A DNA stretch of 63,954 bases, filler included, from Octopus bimaculoides (Eukaryota): NCBI RefSeq assembly GCF_001194135.2. It is 7 parts of 6 records of this genome, joined end to end, with 100 filler letters (N's around TTAATTAATTAA, not from the genome) between each part and the next. Parts side by side here need not be neighbours in the genome. Positions count along the whole stretch, not along the records: positions 1 to 18,265 come from NC_068993.1; 6 more parts are not named here. The stretch is one strand, 5' to 3'. Numbering within the stretch: position 1 is the stretch's first letter; every line of letters begins with the position of its first letter. The notes below the pieces were generated by a model. The model was given only the letters and a program-made list of their open reading frames with translations, ran no database searches and was not told the origin of the DNA. Both the position numbers and the translations under genes were made by a program. This document shows positions 1 through 12,230 of the stretch, piece by piece.

Positions 1-192
1 GGGGGTGGGAAATTTGTTGATCTAAAAGTTAAGGTATTTCTCGTAGCAAATCATATTTTTGATTATTATTTACGGACAAACTCCCCTTTGGGATACGGAT
101 TTCGAAAACCGAATTCGTTTTTGTCGAGGACGCACTGTTTCATAGTCTCTCAAGGCTGAACAAACATACGTAGCCACAGCGTGACTGTGTAT

Positions 193-600
193 AGGCGCAG
201 CGTGGTTGTGTGGTAAGAAGCTCGCTTCCCTACCAGATGGATCTATGTTCAGTCCCACTGCGTCGCACCATGGGCAAGTGTCTTCTGCTATAGCCTCGAG
301 CCGACCAAAGCCTTGTGAGTGGATTTGGTAGACGGAAACTGAAAGAAGCCTATCGCATATATATATATATATATATATATTTGTGTGTGCTTGTGTTTGT
401 CTCCCCACCATCGCTTGACACCGATGTTGATGTGTTTATGTCCCCGTAACTTAGCGGTTCGGCAAAAGAGAATGATATACTAAGTACTAGGCTTACAAAG
501 AATAAGTCTTAGGGTCGATTTGTTCAACTAAAGGCAGTGCTCCAGCATGGCCGCAGTCAAATGACTGAAACAAGTATAAAAAATAAAAGAATAAAAGAAT
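193..600 (+). mobile_element. tRNA-derived SINE, family A (internal TA/TG microsatellite, AT-rich tail), full length
   Basis: Head GGCGCAGCGTGGTTGTGTGGTAAGAAG with B-box-like GTTCAGTCCC; body CCTTGTGAGTGGATTTGGTAGACGGAAACTGAAAG; tail AATAAAAGAATAAAAGAAT; homologous copies recur through the window. Confidence 0.85.
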
Positions 601-603
601 ATA

Positions 604-856
604 TATATAATAACAATAATCCTAGTATGGAATTTATAAACATTTAATGCATCGCTACGTGCGTTTCCACAAATCACATAACTTTTAAGATCACAGTCCG
701 TATTGCTGGGACGAGTTACAGTGTAGTCTGTAGTATCTTTGAGCATCCGGTGGATCATCATCATCGATTCATTTCTTCAGGTGATATAACATTGGTGGAT
801 GAACCACAGAGGAATGTTTGGCTCTTTTTACCAGTCTGAAGGTTAAGTAGGATATG
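604..856 (-). repeat. 3' pseudo-LTR of PLE (inverted relative to 3677-3935)
   Basis: Reverse complement aligns along its length with 3677-3935. Confidence 0.9.
651..785 (-). ncRNA. Type I hammerhead ribozyme motif with long helix II (pLTR copy 1)
   Basis: AUCAC-CUGAAGA-[106 nt]-GAAA-C-GCAC-G-UA/GCGAU; helix I AUCAC:GCGAU with one mismatch. Confidence 0.7.
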
Positions 857-1239
857 TTAGTATTTCTGTATGTATTTGGTGGGGAGGAGTGGAAGGTGAT
901 GTGAATAAAGGAAGGCAGTGTAGTTATATGGGGATAGAGGTGTTTGTGTGTGTGTGGTGGTGTTGGATTTATTTTGCTATTCATTCAGCAGATGTTAAAA
1001 ATGGTTAGTAAATTCTTTAATTTCATTTAAGGCATGACTATCTTCAATAAATTCTAAACTCAACAGGTGGTCAAGTACTGCTGCTAAACAGTGGGGGTTG
1101 TTGAATAACTTGATAAATGCTACTTTCTTATGGTGACCTCTTCAATGTTTCTGTTGGTATTATGTTTAGCATCACAAATATTGGTTGGTTCGTTCATTTG
1201 TTTGGGTTCCTTCGCTGTTCTATAATGTATTATTTCGCT

Positions 1240-3634
1240 TCAAAATATTTTTTCAGACTCCACGAATGATGTTTTGCTCCTGTGTTTACATGATGTGCTC
1301 ATCTTAAAATGTCTATTTATCACGTTTTCCCTGGATGCGATTATTTCTTCTAGACATAGGTTGCATATCAGTGATGTTCCGTTATATGGTGCAGCATTTT
1401 TTTATAATAGACCGACTAGTGGGTCATATGTTCCAAACCATTCTGTTTTAGTCTCTAGACGAGGTTCGAAAGAGCTGTGGAGTGTCTTTTATTTATATTA
1501 GAAAATGAAGAGAGGTGGTTTCTCAGACGATTTTTCATGGTATCTCCGGTGCGACCAATGTACACGTATTTTTGCGTATCTGTCTTCACCTCACATTTGT
1601 ACACTACATGCAGTTGTTAAATCTGCATTCTTCTTTACACATATGCTTTTCTTTCCGAGGAATTACTATTAATAGTCCTCTTTCTTCTTCCTCCTATAAC
1701 CGTGCACTCGTTTTCCTAATGCATGAATTGTACCTTTAATTGTGTGATGTTGTTTGGGTCCGTTTTTGCTATTGATGAGTTTTTATTACTCCTATTTTCC
1801 ATCATTATATCGTCGTGTTATTTGATTTTGTGTCATTAGCTGCGGTTAGTTCATATTTCTCCTCTAGTTTTATTCAATTTAGTTTTGTGTTATTAAGTTT
1901 GTGTATATAGTATTCCAGATTGTGGGAGGTCGCGTATGCTAATTTTACATTATGCCTGTGATATTTGCAAGATCTTGGGAAGTGTCTGTCTATTGCTGCG
2001 AAAAATTCCTGGCCTATTTTTGGATTTTACTTGTGAGCTGAAGATCGGGTTAAACCAGACAATTCCATCGTTTATTTTTCCATTTCTTTCAATATATCTT
2101 TCTAACTTTCGCTGTGGTTTCGTGGGTTCTGTTTTATATCTATTGCTATTAGTGCTGTGGTTTTTTCTTTCCTTTTGGTCCCTTTTATATTTACTATTTT
2201 TCTAGGTTCTGGTATTCTGCGACTATTTATATACCTCTGGGTATTGTGCCTTCTCTTGTCTCATTCTGTATATATACTATTTTATCTTTATATCCCGCTC
2301 TAGCCAGTGCTGAGTTGTAATATTCGGCATGCATATCGTATATCTGTTCATCTGTGGATGGTCTAGATATTCTATTACTCCAGGGGATTGGATCCTCGGC
2401 TCACATATTTTAAGTTCTCATTTGGCTTATGGAATGGTTCGAATTTCCCATCAATGACGCTAAGCTTTACATCCAGGAATTTTACCACCTTGTGATTTTT
2501 TTTCTATTCCAATTTCCAATCCAAAGTTCTTTAAGAATTTGAAGAGTTTTTGCTTGCATCTTTCTATTTCTACGTTGCTACTTTTATGTTTAGTGAACAG
2601 TGTGTCATCTCTATATAATCCTCCCCCATGTTCGGTAGCCAAGATTCTACTTGCGATAATAGGAATACGCCTGCAAAATCTGTGACATGCTAGATCCCGT
2701 TGATATGTCGAATGAGCCAATCCTGTCCGATCGAATCCATATCTTACCTTTGTATTCTATTATTGTGCTCCTAGCAGCTAAAATTATATCTATTTCTTCC
2801 CTAGTTAGGTCGGAGTCGGTCTTAGCGAATATTAGTGCCTTGTTTAGTAGAACTGAGTTTATGGACTGGTAGTAGTTCGATATGTCTAGCTGCACACACT
2901 TGGTCTTGTTTTTGTTCCCCAGGCTTTTAAACCATGAGATAACTTCATTTGTGTTAGACCACAATTTGAGGTTGGGTACACATTTTAATTTAGGGATTAT
3001 CCTATCTATTATTGCTTCGCTAATTTTACCTATAACTGATTTAGATGGGCATAGAAGTCTTACTGTTTGGTTCTCCTGGAAGTTTTCCTTGTGGTCTCTT
3101 AGGCTTATTCTAGGTGTCATTGGTGTGTAAGGTCTAGTCCTATCTTGTATACCTAATTTCTTAACTATTTCGAGTCCTTCTTATTTATATTATCTAGTGT
3201 GTTGCGCGGTATGTGCTATGTAATTGCTTAGTTATAAGTTCAGTGTATGTGTTAATATTAACATTATAGATGTTACCTGTTTTGTCCACAGGTACCAATA
3301 TTTTAGTCGCGTTTCTGATGGACTTAAGCAGTTCATTTAGTTTCCTTTGGTGTTTGCTGCGTTTCTTTGTGTTTTTCTTAAATTTGATGTTTTTGATTAT
3401 GTTAAACAGTTTAACCTCGAATAGTGCTAAAATCCTGTTTGGTGGTGGATTGTTGAGTGATTTGGATTTTTTTCTTCAGATCTTCGTGAAATTCTGTGTT
3501 CTTACATTTGGTCACGTTTTTTTCTGTAAAAAAAATGTATATTCCATCTCGGGTTCGGTCATTTTCCACCGGTACTCTCTTCTGCTTGGTATAGGGATAT
3601 CCTTCGGAGAAACATCCAAATTTATTTTTTCCAT
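1240..3634 (-). pseudogene. PLE RT/GIY-YIG polyprotein, broken by frameshifts and stops
   Basis: MEKINLDVSPKDIPIPSRREY; LVPVDKTGNIY; LRDHKENF..VRLLCPSKSVIGKIS; QLDISNYYQSI; GLYRDD; PFHKPNENLKYV; IVWFNPIFS..KIGQEFFAAIDRHFP; VVYKCEV..YIGRTGDTMKNRLRNHLSSF; CNLCLEE; CKHR; TGA at 1240-1242. Confidence 0.88.
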
Positions 3635-3676
3635 CCTGGATTGTTTGCTTAAAGCAGATACACAAAGAAATATCCA

Positions 3677-3935
3677 CATATCTCACTTGACCTTCAGACT
3701 GGTAAAAAGAGACAAACATCCCTCTGTGGTTCATCCACTAATGTTATATAGCCTGAAGAAATGAATCAATGATGATGATCAATCGGATGCTCAAGGATAC
3801 TATGGACTACACTGTAATCGTCCCAGGAATACGGACTGTGATCTTAAAAGTTATGTGATTTGTGGAAACGCGCGTAGTGATGCATTAAATGTTTATGAAC
3901 TTCCTTCCTAGGGTTATTGTTATTATTATTATATT
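3677..3935 (+). repeat. 5' inverted pseudo-LTR of PLE
   Basis: Matches the reverse complement of 604-856. Confidence 0.9.
3747..3882 (+). ncRNA. Type I hammerhead ribozyme motif with long helix II (pLTR copy 2)
   Basis: UAUAGC-CUGAAGA(3753-3759)-[105 nt]-GAAA(3865-3868)-C-GCGC-G-UA/GUGAUG; palindromic GCGC helix III loop. Confidence 0.72.
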
Positions 3936-4011
3936 TATCCTACATTATATCGGTATAACTTGATGCAACCCCGATAAACTGGCTCACTAGTCAGCGTCAT
4001 TAGACGGTGGC

Positions 4012-4058
4012 TGGCATAATGGAATAGAAGCTTTATTTGCATATTCAAAACGTTGCCA
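4012..4058 (+). ncRNA. Decayed hammerhead-like motif
   Basis: UGGC:GCCA (helix I), GAAUA:UAUUC (helix II) and ACGU-U in the correct order, but the core is degenerate (AUAAUG, AAAA). Confidence 0.3.
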
Positions 4059-4099
4059 TAAACAAATTATATATGTATATATATATATATATAAAGGAC

Positions 4100-4720
4100 A
4101 CAGGTTTCGTGTGTCACATAGCTAGCTAGAGGCGATGGCTTCTTGGAGCTAATTCACGGCAGCTTTCGTCCTAATTTTGGGACTGCCATGTTGGCTTGGC
4201 GATAACTATTAATTTCCAGTACCGCTGCCGTAGTCTCCTTTAGAGAGACTTAGAAATATTAATAATTCTATTTCTGAAAACCAGTGGATAGATTCCACTG
4301 AAATTAGATAAATAACCTTCGAGCAGATAGTNNNNNNNNNNTAGGAAGAGGTCCAACTTTGATTTTAAAACTCCTACATCTACTTTGTGCAGATTCCTCA
4401 GGCTCTTTGGAAGAATATTAAAAAGCTGTGGGCCCCTGAATCCCAAGCTGTTGCAGTAACTGGTCCTGAAGCGTGATGGCATTGCTGGGATCTTTGGCAC
4501 TATGCAGTGTCGTCCCGTTCTGGCATTGGTGTAGCTTTCAATGCCAAAATTTGGCACAATTCCTTCCAGGATCTTCCAGATGTATATTACTGCATACCTC
4601 TCCCGCCTTCTCTCCAGGGACTAGAGTCTTATATATATATAAATATATATGCCCTGATAGCAAAATTCTTCAGGTGTAGAAAATCCTGGTTTCATGACGG
4701 TAAAACCGTTGTGTGATATA
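4100..4720 (-). mobile_element. 3' end of a CR1/L2-group LINE
   Basis: RRRERYAVIYIWKILEGIVPNFGI..NSLGFRGPQLFNILPKSLRNL..LKSKLDLFL, a typical CR1/L2-group RT C-terminus, followed by 3' UTR ending at (TA)n. Confidence 0.75.
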
Positions 4721-4978
4721 GTCCAAATAGTAAGACAAAGAAATGCTTGAAATGCTTTAACACGTCTTTAATGATCAGTTACAATTGTTTCTGTCCAACT
4801 CTGCCAGTTAACGCAAAAGTTCGAAGTGAAAGTTTACGTAATATTTGAAGTTTTAGACATTAACGGGGCACTTCATTGGACTTACATCAAAGGTGTGCTC
4901 TCACATTGTGCATCTTCCAGACTCTTTGCTTATAATCATTAAAGATGTGTTAAAGTATTTCTTCGTCTTATTATTTGG

Positions 4979-4981
<3 letters not shown>

Positions 4982-5053
<72 letters not shown>
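4982..5053. repeat. (GT)n microsatellite
   Basis: Pure dinucleotide run. Confidence 0.98.
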
Positions 5054-5055
<2 letters not shown>

Positions 5056-5363
5056 GAAAGCTTGTCAAAGCATAAAGAAATGTATTTTGTTGAAGTCATT
5101 CTTTTTGATAAAGCACATTGATACTCAACCGTTTGAGTTTTTTATTGTAAGTGACCTGTTCGTATTACTACGAACTGGTAAACAGAAGTTTCTCAGTGAG
5201 AGCGCGCACGCGTATGTTATACATACACACACACATGCACATACAAGCATACACATACAGGCACATATATACAGGCACACACATACAGGCACACATATAC
5301 AGGCATACACACACACACACATATACACATATACACACACATATATGTGTGCGTGCACACATG

Positions 5364-5403
<40 letters not shown>

Positions 5404-6174
5404 CTCACTTGCACATATACTATGCTGGTAATGATAATGTTTAGACCGACAACCCAGCCACTATATCGCGCTTTGCGAATATTAAAACAATCACCCAGTT
5501 GGACGCATCTTGAAGCATAAATGAGACGTTCCCTTCTTTTACTGCAGTGTAAACAAATAATATATAAACAAAGACCGCCATATAACCCTCAAATTATGTA
5601 AAAAACAAACGACAAAGAAATCTAATAACCCTAACTTTCAAGGGAAAAAATAGTAGATCTAAGCAAATTCAGCCTGCACTGAAGCAGAAAATGACTGCAT
5701 AATTGATGGATATATGAAATTGTGTGCATTGTCTTTGTTATATTTTTCTATAGTTCTATTACTTTAAAAGCACAGCCTTTTCTTTCGTTATTGACGCTAT
5801 GGTGTGTAAAAGAATGTATATGTATGTATGCATGCATGCGAACATCTTTCTTTTTGTCTGTCTGTCTGTCTCTGTCTCTCTCTCTCATCCCTGTGTAACG
5901 TATATAAGTGCGTATTCACTAAAACATATATAAATGGAATGTATGTATATAAATATGTATAAATGAACATAAATCAAAAATATTCTCGTAAACAACGTTG
6001 CATTCTTTATTACAATTAGATCTTCATTTAAACAGCTAGTATATCTAACAGAAAATGACATAACCGTCGTTTTGGTCTGGTATCCTTTGTAAAAACATAG
6101 TATGGATTTTATTGTATAATCACTGAGGCACTCACGTGCGCGTGCATACACCCACACGTTCACACACCTACACG

Positions 6175-6279
<105 letters not shown>

Positions 6280-6323
6280 CTGTACTGAATCATTAAATCC
6301 TTACGCATACAAAGCTCCAACGG

Positions 6324-6518
6324 CTTCAAATTTTGGTATAAGGCCCGCAATTTCGGGGATGGGGCCAAGTCGATTACATCAAACCTAATGCTTAACTGGT
6401 ATTTATTTCATTGACCCTGAAAAGATGAAAGGGTAAGTCGACTTCGGCGAACTCAGAACGTAAGGACCAACGAAATACCATTAAGCATTTTTCCCGGCAT
6501 GCTAAAGATTCTGCCGCT
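6324..6518 (-). mobile_element. SINE family B
   Basis: Reverse complement matches family B copies (GGCAGAATC..TTAGCA..CCGGG; TCGAC..TTTCATC..; CCAGTT..GCA). Confidence 0.8.
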
Positions 6519-7237
6519 TTAGCATATATAAATATTGATCCCTTGTTTTCTGTCCATGGTATGATTATAGAAAAGGACTACCGTTTATAGCTGACCTGTG
6601 CATTTAATTGATTTTAATTTAAACGCGCAGGAATCTGAAATCTACTGATATATTCTATACTACATTTTAATAACAAAACTAACGTGGCTAAAGCGATAGT
6701 AATTTATAGACTTACATATGTATGTGAATGTGTTTTTACGTATCTCCGTTCGTACGTATATTCACACGCATACACATAAGTCATTCCGTATTTTTAATGA
6801 AAGAAATGATGTCATCCTTTCATAGCACATGTGGTCACTAGAAACGGACCTAAGTTAGCTATCTTTCTCGCTCTTTTCCCTTTTATTTAGTTGACATTGA
6901 TCTGCTGTTCTGTTTTACGGTTTTGTTTATGTTTATTTTGCATACTAATACAAAGGTGTAGTACAACCTTATCTTAGTATTTATTATTGAAGATATGAGA
7001 TTAGCTCATTAAAGCATATGTGTAAAAATTGCATATAAATATTGAATGATTTCTACATTTCTCACATTCGAAGCATGATACCAACCTGTCCCCCATCCAA
7101 TTCAACACTACAGGCCATTCCATCGCACACTTATGACTGAGCGACATCCTCGCACACCAGGAATTCACATTTCCAAGGAAACAGGAGGAACATTTCATGT
7201 ACATGCACACACACACACACGCACACACACACACAGA

Positions 7238-7291
<54 letters not shown>

Positions 7292-7329
7292 CACGCACAT
7301 ACGCATGTATGTATGTATGTATGTATGTA

Positions 7330-7560
7330 TAGTAAAATCGATAAGAGCACAGTGAGGAAGCCGCGGGGAGTGGAAGATCCAGCTTTTCGAACCGAGTCCT
7401 TCTTCAGGGAAAAGTTGATAGGAGAGAGTTTTACATCCTATAAGTTAGAAACACTGGCTGAAACTGATAAGGAACGAAGGACCACGGGAACTACATACGA
7501 GTGTAGGAAGCGGTAGGAGAGAGAAACATGATGACAGAAGTACAAGTTCATCTTTCAGAC
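7330..7560 (-). mobile_element. Short HHR-bearing element inserted at a (GTAT)n microsatellite
   Basis: HHR motif at 7377-7411; terminus TAGTAAAATC abuts the microsatellite, as TAGTAAATC does at 49652. Confidence 0.55.
7377..7411 (-). ncRNA. Minimal type I hammerhead motif (helix III altered)
   Basis: UUCC-CUGAAGA-A-GGAC-UCG-GUUC-GAAA-AGCU-GGAU. Confidence 0.55.
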
Positions 7561-7744
7561 AACATTAAGTCTCTGTGTTTTTGTTTTTTTCAACATGGCA
7601 GGTGTAATTTGAATGTGACATCTGCTATGGCTCGAAAATCCTTCGCTGGCTTATTGGTGGTGATTTTGTTAGTAGTGGTGTTGATACCGCTGATAATTTG
7701 ATAATTGTAGCCGTGATTTTGGTTGTCACAGAGGAGCTGATATT

Positions 7745-7912
7745 GGCTCAAGGTCAGCAATTTATAGGGATTACATCAACCCCTGTGCTCAACTGGTACT
7801 TATTTTAGTGACCTCGAAAGGATGAAAAGCAAAGTTGACCTCGGCAAAATTCGCCCTCTGAAAGTGAAGACGGACAAAACACCGCTAAGCATTTCGCCCA
7901 GCGTGCTAACGA
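7745..7912 (-). mobile_element. SINE family B
   Basis: CAACTGGTACTTATTTTAGTGACCTCGAAAGGATGAAAAGCAAAGTTGACCTCGGC core. Confidence 0.8.
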
Positions 7913-7935
7913 TACATTAGTGATAATAGTAATAA

Positions 7936-8110
7936 GTCCAGAAATTTCGGGAAGAGGCTAAGTCAACTGGTATTTATTTTATCAATTCCGAAAGGATGAA
8001 AGGCAAAGTTGACCTTGGCAGAATTTGAACCCCAGAATGTAAGGATGGGCGAAAAGCCACCAAACACCTGTCTGGCCCGGCGTGCTAACGATTTTGCCAG
8101 CTCGCTACCT
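7936..8110 (-). mobile_element. SINE family B
   Basis: Same core; head GCCAGCTCGC on the plus strand. Confidence 0.8.
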
Positions 8111-8403
8111 TGTGAAAGTAGTTATTTTTATAGCGTTTACGGTGCTGTTGATGTTAGTGTTGTCTACAGAAGTGATTGTGGTAGAAGAAACGTTTTTTTT
8201 TTTGTTGAAACCGTTTCATGTTGTTAATAGTGTTTGCTGTCTGCAGTAATGGTATTGATAGTGTTAGCGGTGTTATTGTTTGAGGGATTGTTTCCTCTTG
8301 TTTGTAGTGATCTAGTCGGTGCTAATGGTGGTGGAGGTGAGATGAGAGTGTTAGAGGCCCCCTTCGGCCTGGTGTAGAAGTGATCTTGATATTAGTTATG
8401 GTT

Positions 8404-8596
8404 AAGACGGCGAGTTGGCAGACGGCTAGCACGCCTACTCGCATTTCACCCGTCTTTACCTTCTAGATTCAAATACTACCGAGGTCGCTTTTGTCTTTCA
8501 TCCTTTTGGTGTCGATAACATAAGTACCAGTTGAGTACTGGGTCAATATAATCGACTTACCGCACCTCCAGCTTGCTGGCCTTGTGCCAAAACTAG
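8404..8596 (+). mobile_element. SINE family B
   Basis: GGCGAGTTGGCAGA head, TTCAAAT B-box remnant, GTACCAGTTGAGTACTGGGTC core. Confidence 0.8.
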
Positions 8597-10459
8597 TTAC
8601 TAGCGGGACCCGTGAATATTTCTTGGAGTTAATGGAAAACTTCTTGGGTTATTTCTGAAAACTTTATCCAAAAATCCTGAAAGCGTAACCTGTGTTGTGT
8701 CTGTAGGGAAAGACAGTCGCTGATCTGTTAATCATTAAAAAGTGAAGGAAATTGGAATACGATGATTACTTAATTCACTTTATATATACACTTTATATAC
8801 TTTATGCACAATTTTATAAACTATACAACACTCTCCCTTTTTCTTTCTCATTCTTTGCTTTATCCTCTTTCTCTCTCTCCATTTTCTTTCACTCTCTGCC
8901 TTTACATTACAAACAAGCATTACAAACAAGCTAAGAAACGAAGAAAAAATAACTTAGTTAAAAATAAATTACACATTTCACTCATCGCTACCTCTCCCTC
9001 CCCTCTATCACCACCCTCCACTCTCCCCACCCCATCTTCCCCCTCCCTAGTCTCCTCCCTTCTCCTCTCCACTCCCCACCCAACTTCCCCATTCCTCCCC
9101 TCCCCTTCAACTAATCACGTGGAATCATTACGGACGGACTAAGGAACGGAGTGACAAGCAGAATTATTATAAGATGGTTATGTTGGTTGTAGTAGTGCTG
9201 GTTAGTGCGGCTGTGTTGATTGTGGGTATTGTGGTGGTGGTGTTGGAGTTAATAGTCTCCGGTTGTAGAAGTTATGGTGATGGTTATGTGCACCAGTGTG
9301 ATGGTAGTGGTGGTGATGATTGTGAGTTTTGTCGTTGTTGTTCTGGTACTGATGGTGTAAGCAGTGATGTTACCTATTGCTGTTTTGTTATTTGTGTAGG
9401 CAGTGGTAGTGATGGTTGTATAGGTTGTAGAATTGTATGAAGTGAATAGACCTTTTTGATGACTTACAACATGAAATAAATTGCTTAATACATTTACATC
9501 AGTTATACCCAAGATTCTTTACAAGACATTGAAACATCTTGTGATCGCTACAATGACAGTGGAGATATTTATAGTATTCCCAGTATTTTCTCGATTTTAA
9601 CCTAATATTCTTTCATCGTGTACATGACATCTAATTTTATCCCGGCTATTTTTTTCGCTCAGATATTTATTAGCTTCACTACTAGTTAAATGATTAAGGA
9701 ATAAAATGTTAGTGTCACAAAATGATGAGCTGATATTTGTTCTGACTATCTATACTCTGTGTTCAAATTTCACTGAAGTTGACTTTGCTTTTCATCCCTT
9801 CGCTTTCCATAAATAAAGTACTGGATCCATTTACTAACCTCCCTCTCCTCTCTCTCAGAATCAACAACGTTGACGGGCCCAAGACAGAAAGTTCACATCA
9901 GGGCGCCACTACCACTTTGTGGACTCAATAAGTAAAGAAAGACTTCAAAATAAGACTTCCCTATATTTCAGACTTTATATGATTTTTAAATCCTACCCCG
10001 TTTCGAGAATTTTAACTATTACAATAACTTATAAGTGGTGGACCACAATAATTAGAAAATCACGTTTGCATTCATTTCACTCAAATAGAAAACATTAGAA
10101 TGTAGCTAAAGTCAATTACATAGAAAAGAGAGAAAATGAAAATCTTTCTACCAGTTTGTTTCTAGGATTTTAATGTTTGATCAACATTTTTGTTTGAATT
10201 TTTTTAAATTTTTAATCCATTCAATTCATTAAAGAACAGTTCCTATTTGCAACTTGTTCTCCGTCAGGAATTCCCATCACAGTTACAATTAATTAATTAA
10301 TTACTAACTGATTACTGTTAAATTCTTCTTTTTTCTTTTCGTCTTATAATTAGTATTTTCTGTTGTTACACAGCTTTTATTTTGGTATTTGATACTGCAT
10401 AATTATCATTATCATCATCATCGTCGTCGTCGTCGTCGTCATCGTTGTTACAGTATAAA

Positions 10460-11050
10460 ATTAGTATTATTATTGTTGTTGTTGGTATGGTGGTGGTGTT
10501 AGCAACACGTTGATTCAAATCGCTTATAAGTTTTGTATTATCTTAATTGCCTTTTCAAAAATACATGTTCAAAACTTCTGCAGACCTTTTGCCATTTTCT
10601 CCATATGTTTCATATATTCTACTATTATTGGTGCTATCTAACTCATGGTTAGTGTTTCTGGGATTCGTGTGTAGGGACTGTTGTTAAAAGCCTTCCGGTA
10701 ATCACTCCATGCCATTGCTTTGAGCCATCTTATTCCGTCGGCAGACTTCAGTTATGGCTTTGTCGATCAATAACTGATCCTTATAACCATATGAACTTTT
10801 GCAACATCCCTTCTGCTCTTCTAGAAACAGGTTATCTTCTAGACGTCTATTCACTCTCTGCGATGTTATAGCTGTTAAGACTTTGTAATTTGTAGGGAGA
10901 CATGATATGGGATTGTAATTCTCTGAGTTTGTGGTAGATTCGGAGATTAAGGCGATTTTCCTTTCTGTGAGCCATTCGCACGTTGTCTCTACTTTCGTCA
11001 GCATCTCATAAAATTTTTCTGCCGGCAACATATGTGTTCCTGCTTAACAT
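10460..11050 (-). mobile_element. R4/Dong-like non-LTR retrotransposon RT fragment
   Basis: EWLTERKIALI..NYNPISCLPTNYKVLTAI..EEQKGC..GYKDQLLIDKAI, then RKAFN; resembles the RT of REL-endonuclease LINEs (inference). Confidence 0.65.
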
Positions 11051-11139
11051 TTTAACCAGAAGTCGGGTATCTTACCATATAACAATAAATAAATCAATAT
11101 TTTGTATTCTTATATTTTCCCTGCTATTCTAATACCCAC

Positions 11140-11700
11140 CACCTTTTAATGTTTTTTCCAATCCTTGATGTTATCGACCCAGTTCGTTTTCGGTCTTCCT
11201 CTCGAGCATTTACCATTCATCTTTCCTTGAAGAAATAGTCTTTATATACCTTGTGCTTTTACTATGTGACCAAAGTATTTTAGCTTTCTAATTAAGAGTA
11301 ACGATCTTCTTGTATTTGCTAGTTGTAATACTTCATTAGTTTTATGTTCTGTTCAAGATAGTCTTAACATTCTTCTAGATGTCCACAGTTCAAAAACTTT
11401 TTCGTTTGTCGGATAGTTTCCTTCAATGCCCATATTTCTGCACCATATCATAAACGTTACACATTACATTGACACACCCTTTATGTTGTTTCTATATGTA
11501 TACTCCTTGCTGTTGCAGCTTTTGACAGGCTTTTAAATATTTTCCTTGCGATTTCTATTTTTCGTCTAATTTCATCTTCACACCATTTTCTGATTGCATA
11601 AAACCAAGGTATACCATGTCTGATATTTGTCCTATTGTTGTTCCATTTATGGCTACACTGATGTTAGATGTTTATTTCTTGCTGACTGACACAGATTTCG

Positions 11701-11731
<31 letters not shown>

Positions 11732-12230
11732 AGAGTTTATTTCCATTCCATATAATTTTCCCTTTCTCATTGACTGCATTGGTCTATTGCTGTAGCTCAT
11801 TTGCACTTGATAATGCAGCATTATCTTTATTTCAGTTGTTGAGATTAAATCCGCCAAATATAATTCTCGTCATTGCTGCAACTTTCCAGAATAAATTTGG
11901 AAGATAAAACACATTCTAGTCTCACTCCTTTCTTTATTTTCAACTCTAATGTAGTTCCATGCACTGTTCTTACTTCTGCTGTTTGCTCCTAATACATTTA
12001 AGCTATAATCTGTACGTTTTTGCTATTGATTCCAATTTTAGCTGGCTATTCTATAATTTTTTTAGTGTTTCAACCTATCACAGGCCTTTGTATAGTTTAT
12101 GAATCATATGTAGATTTGATGCACATCTAGGTATCTTTCGCAGATGGCTCTAAGGCTGAATATTCCCACTCTAGTTACCAGACTAGGTCTAAACCTACTT
12201 TGTAATCTACATAGGGTAATGCACAATGTT
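11140..12230 (-). mobile_element. RTE-clade LINE, 3' RT portion, decayed
   Basis: TRVGIFSLRAICERY; KGVRL; YGMEINSKTK; YGAEIW; RRMLRLS; RKLKYFGHI; GKMNGKCSRGRPKTNWVDNIKDW. Confidence 0.8.

Larger units (their letters stand above)
604..3935 (-). mobile_element. Penelope-like retroelement, near full length, inverted pseudo-LTRs, disrupted RT + C-terminal GIY-YIG ORF
   Basis: Minus-strand translation gives PLE motifs in order; about 255-bp terminal repeats 604-856 and 3677-3935 are reverse complements with scattered substitutions. Confidence 0.9.

Noticed and set aside
3270-3764. 164-aa plus-strand ORF
   Set aside because: Antisense to the PLE ORF; the meaningful motifs are on the minus strand.
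9859-9931. Possible 73-bp exon
   Set aside because: The pyrimidine tract appears to be the tail of the preceding decayed SINE, the donor is weak and no protein was recognised.
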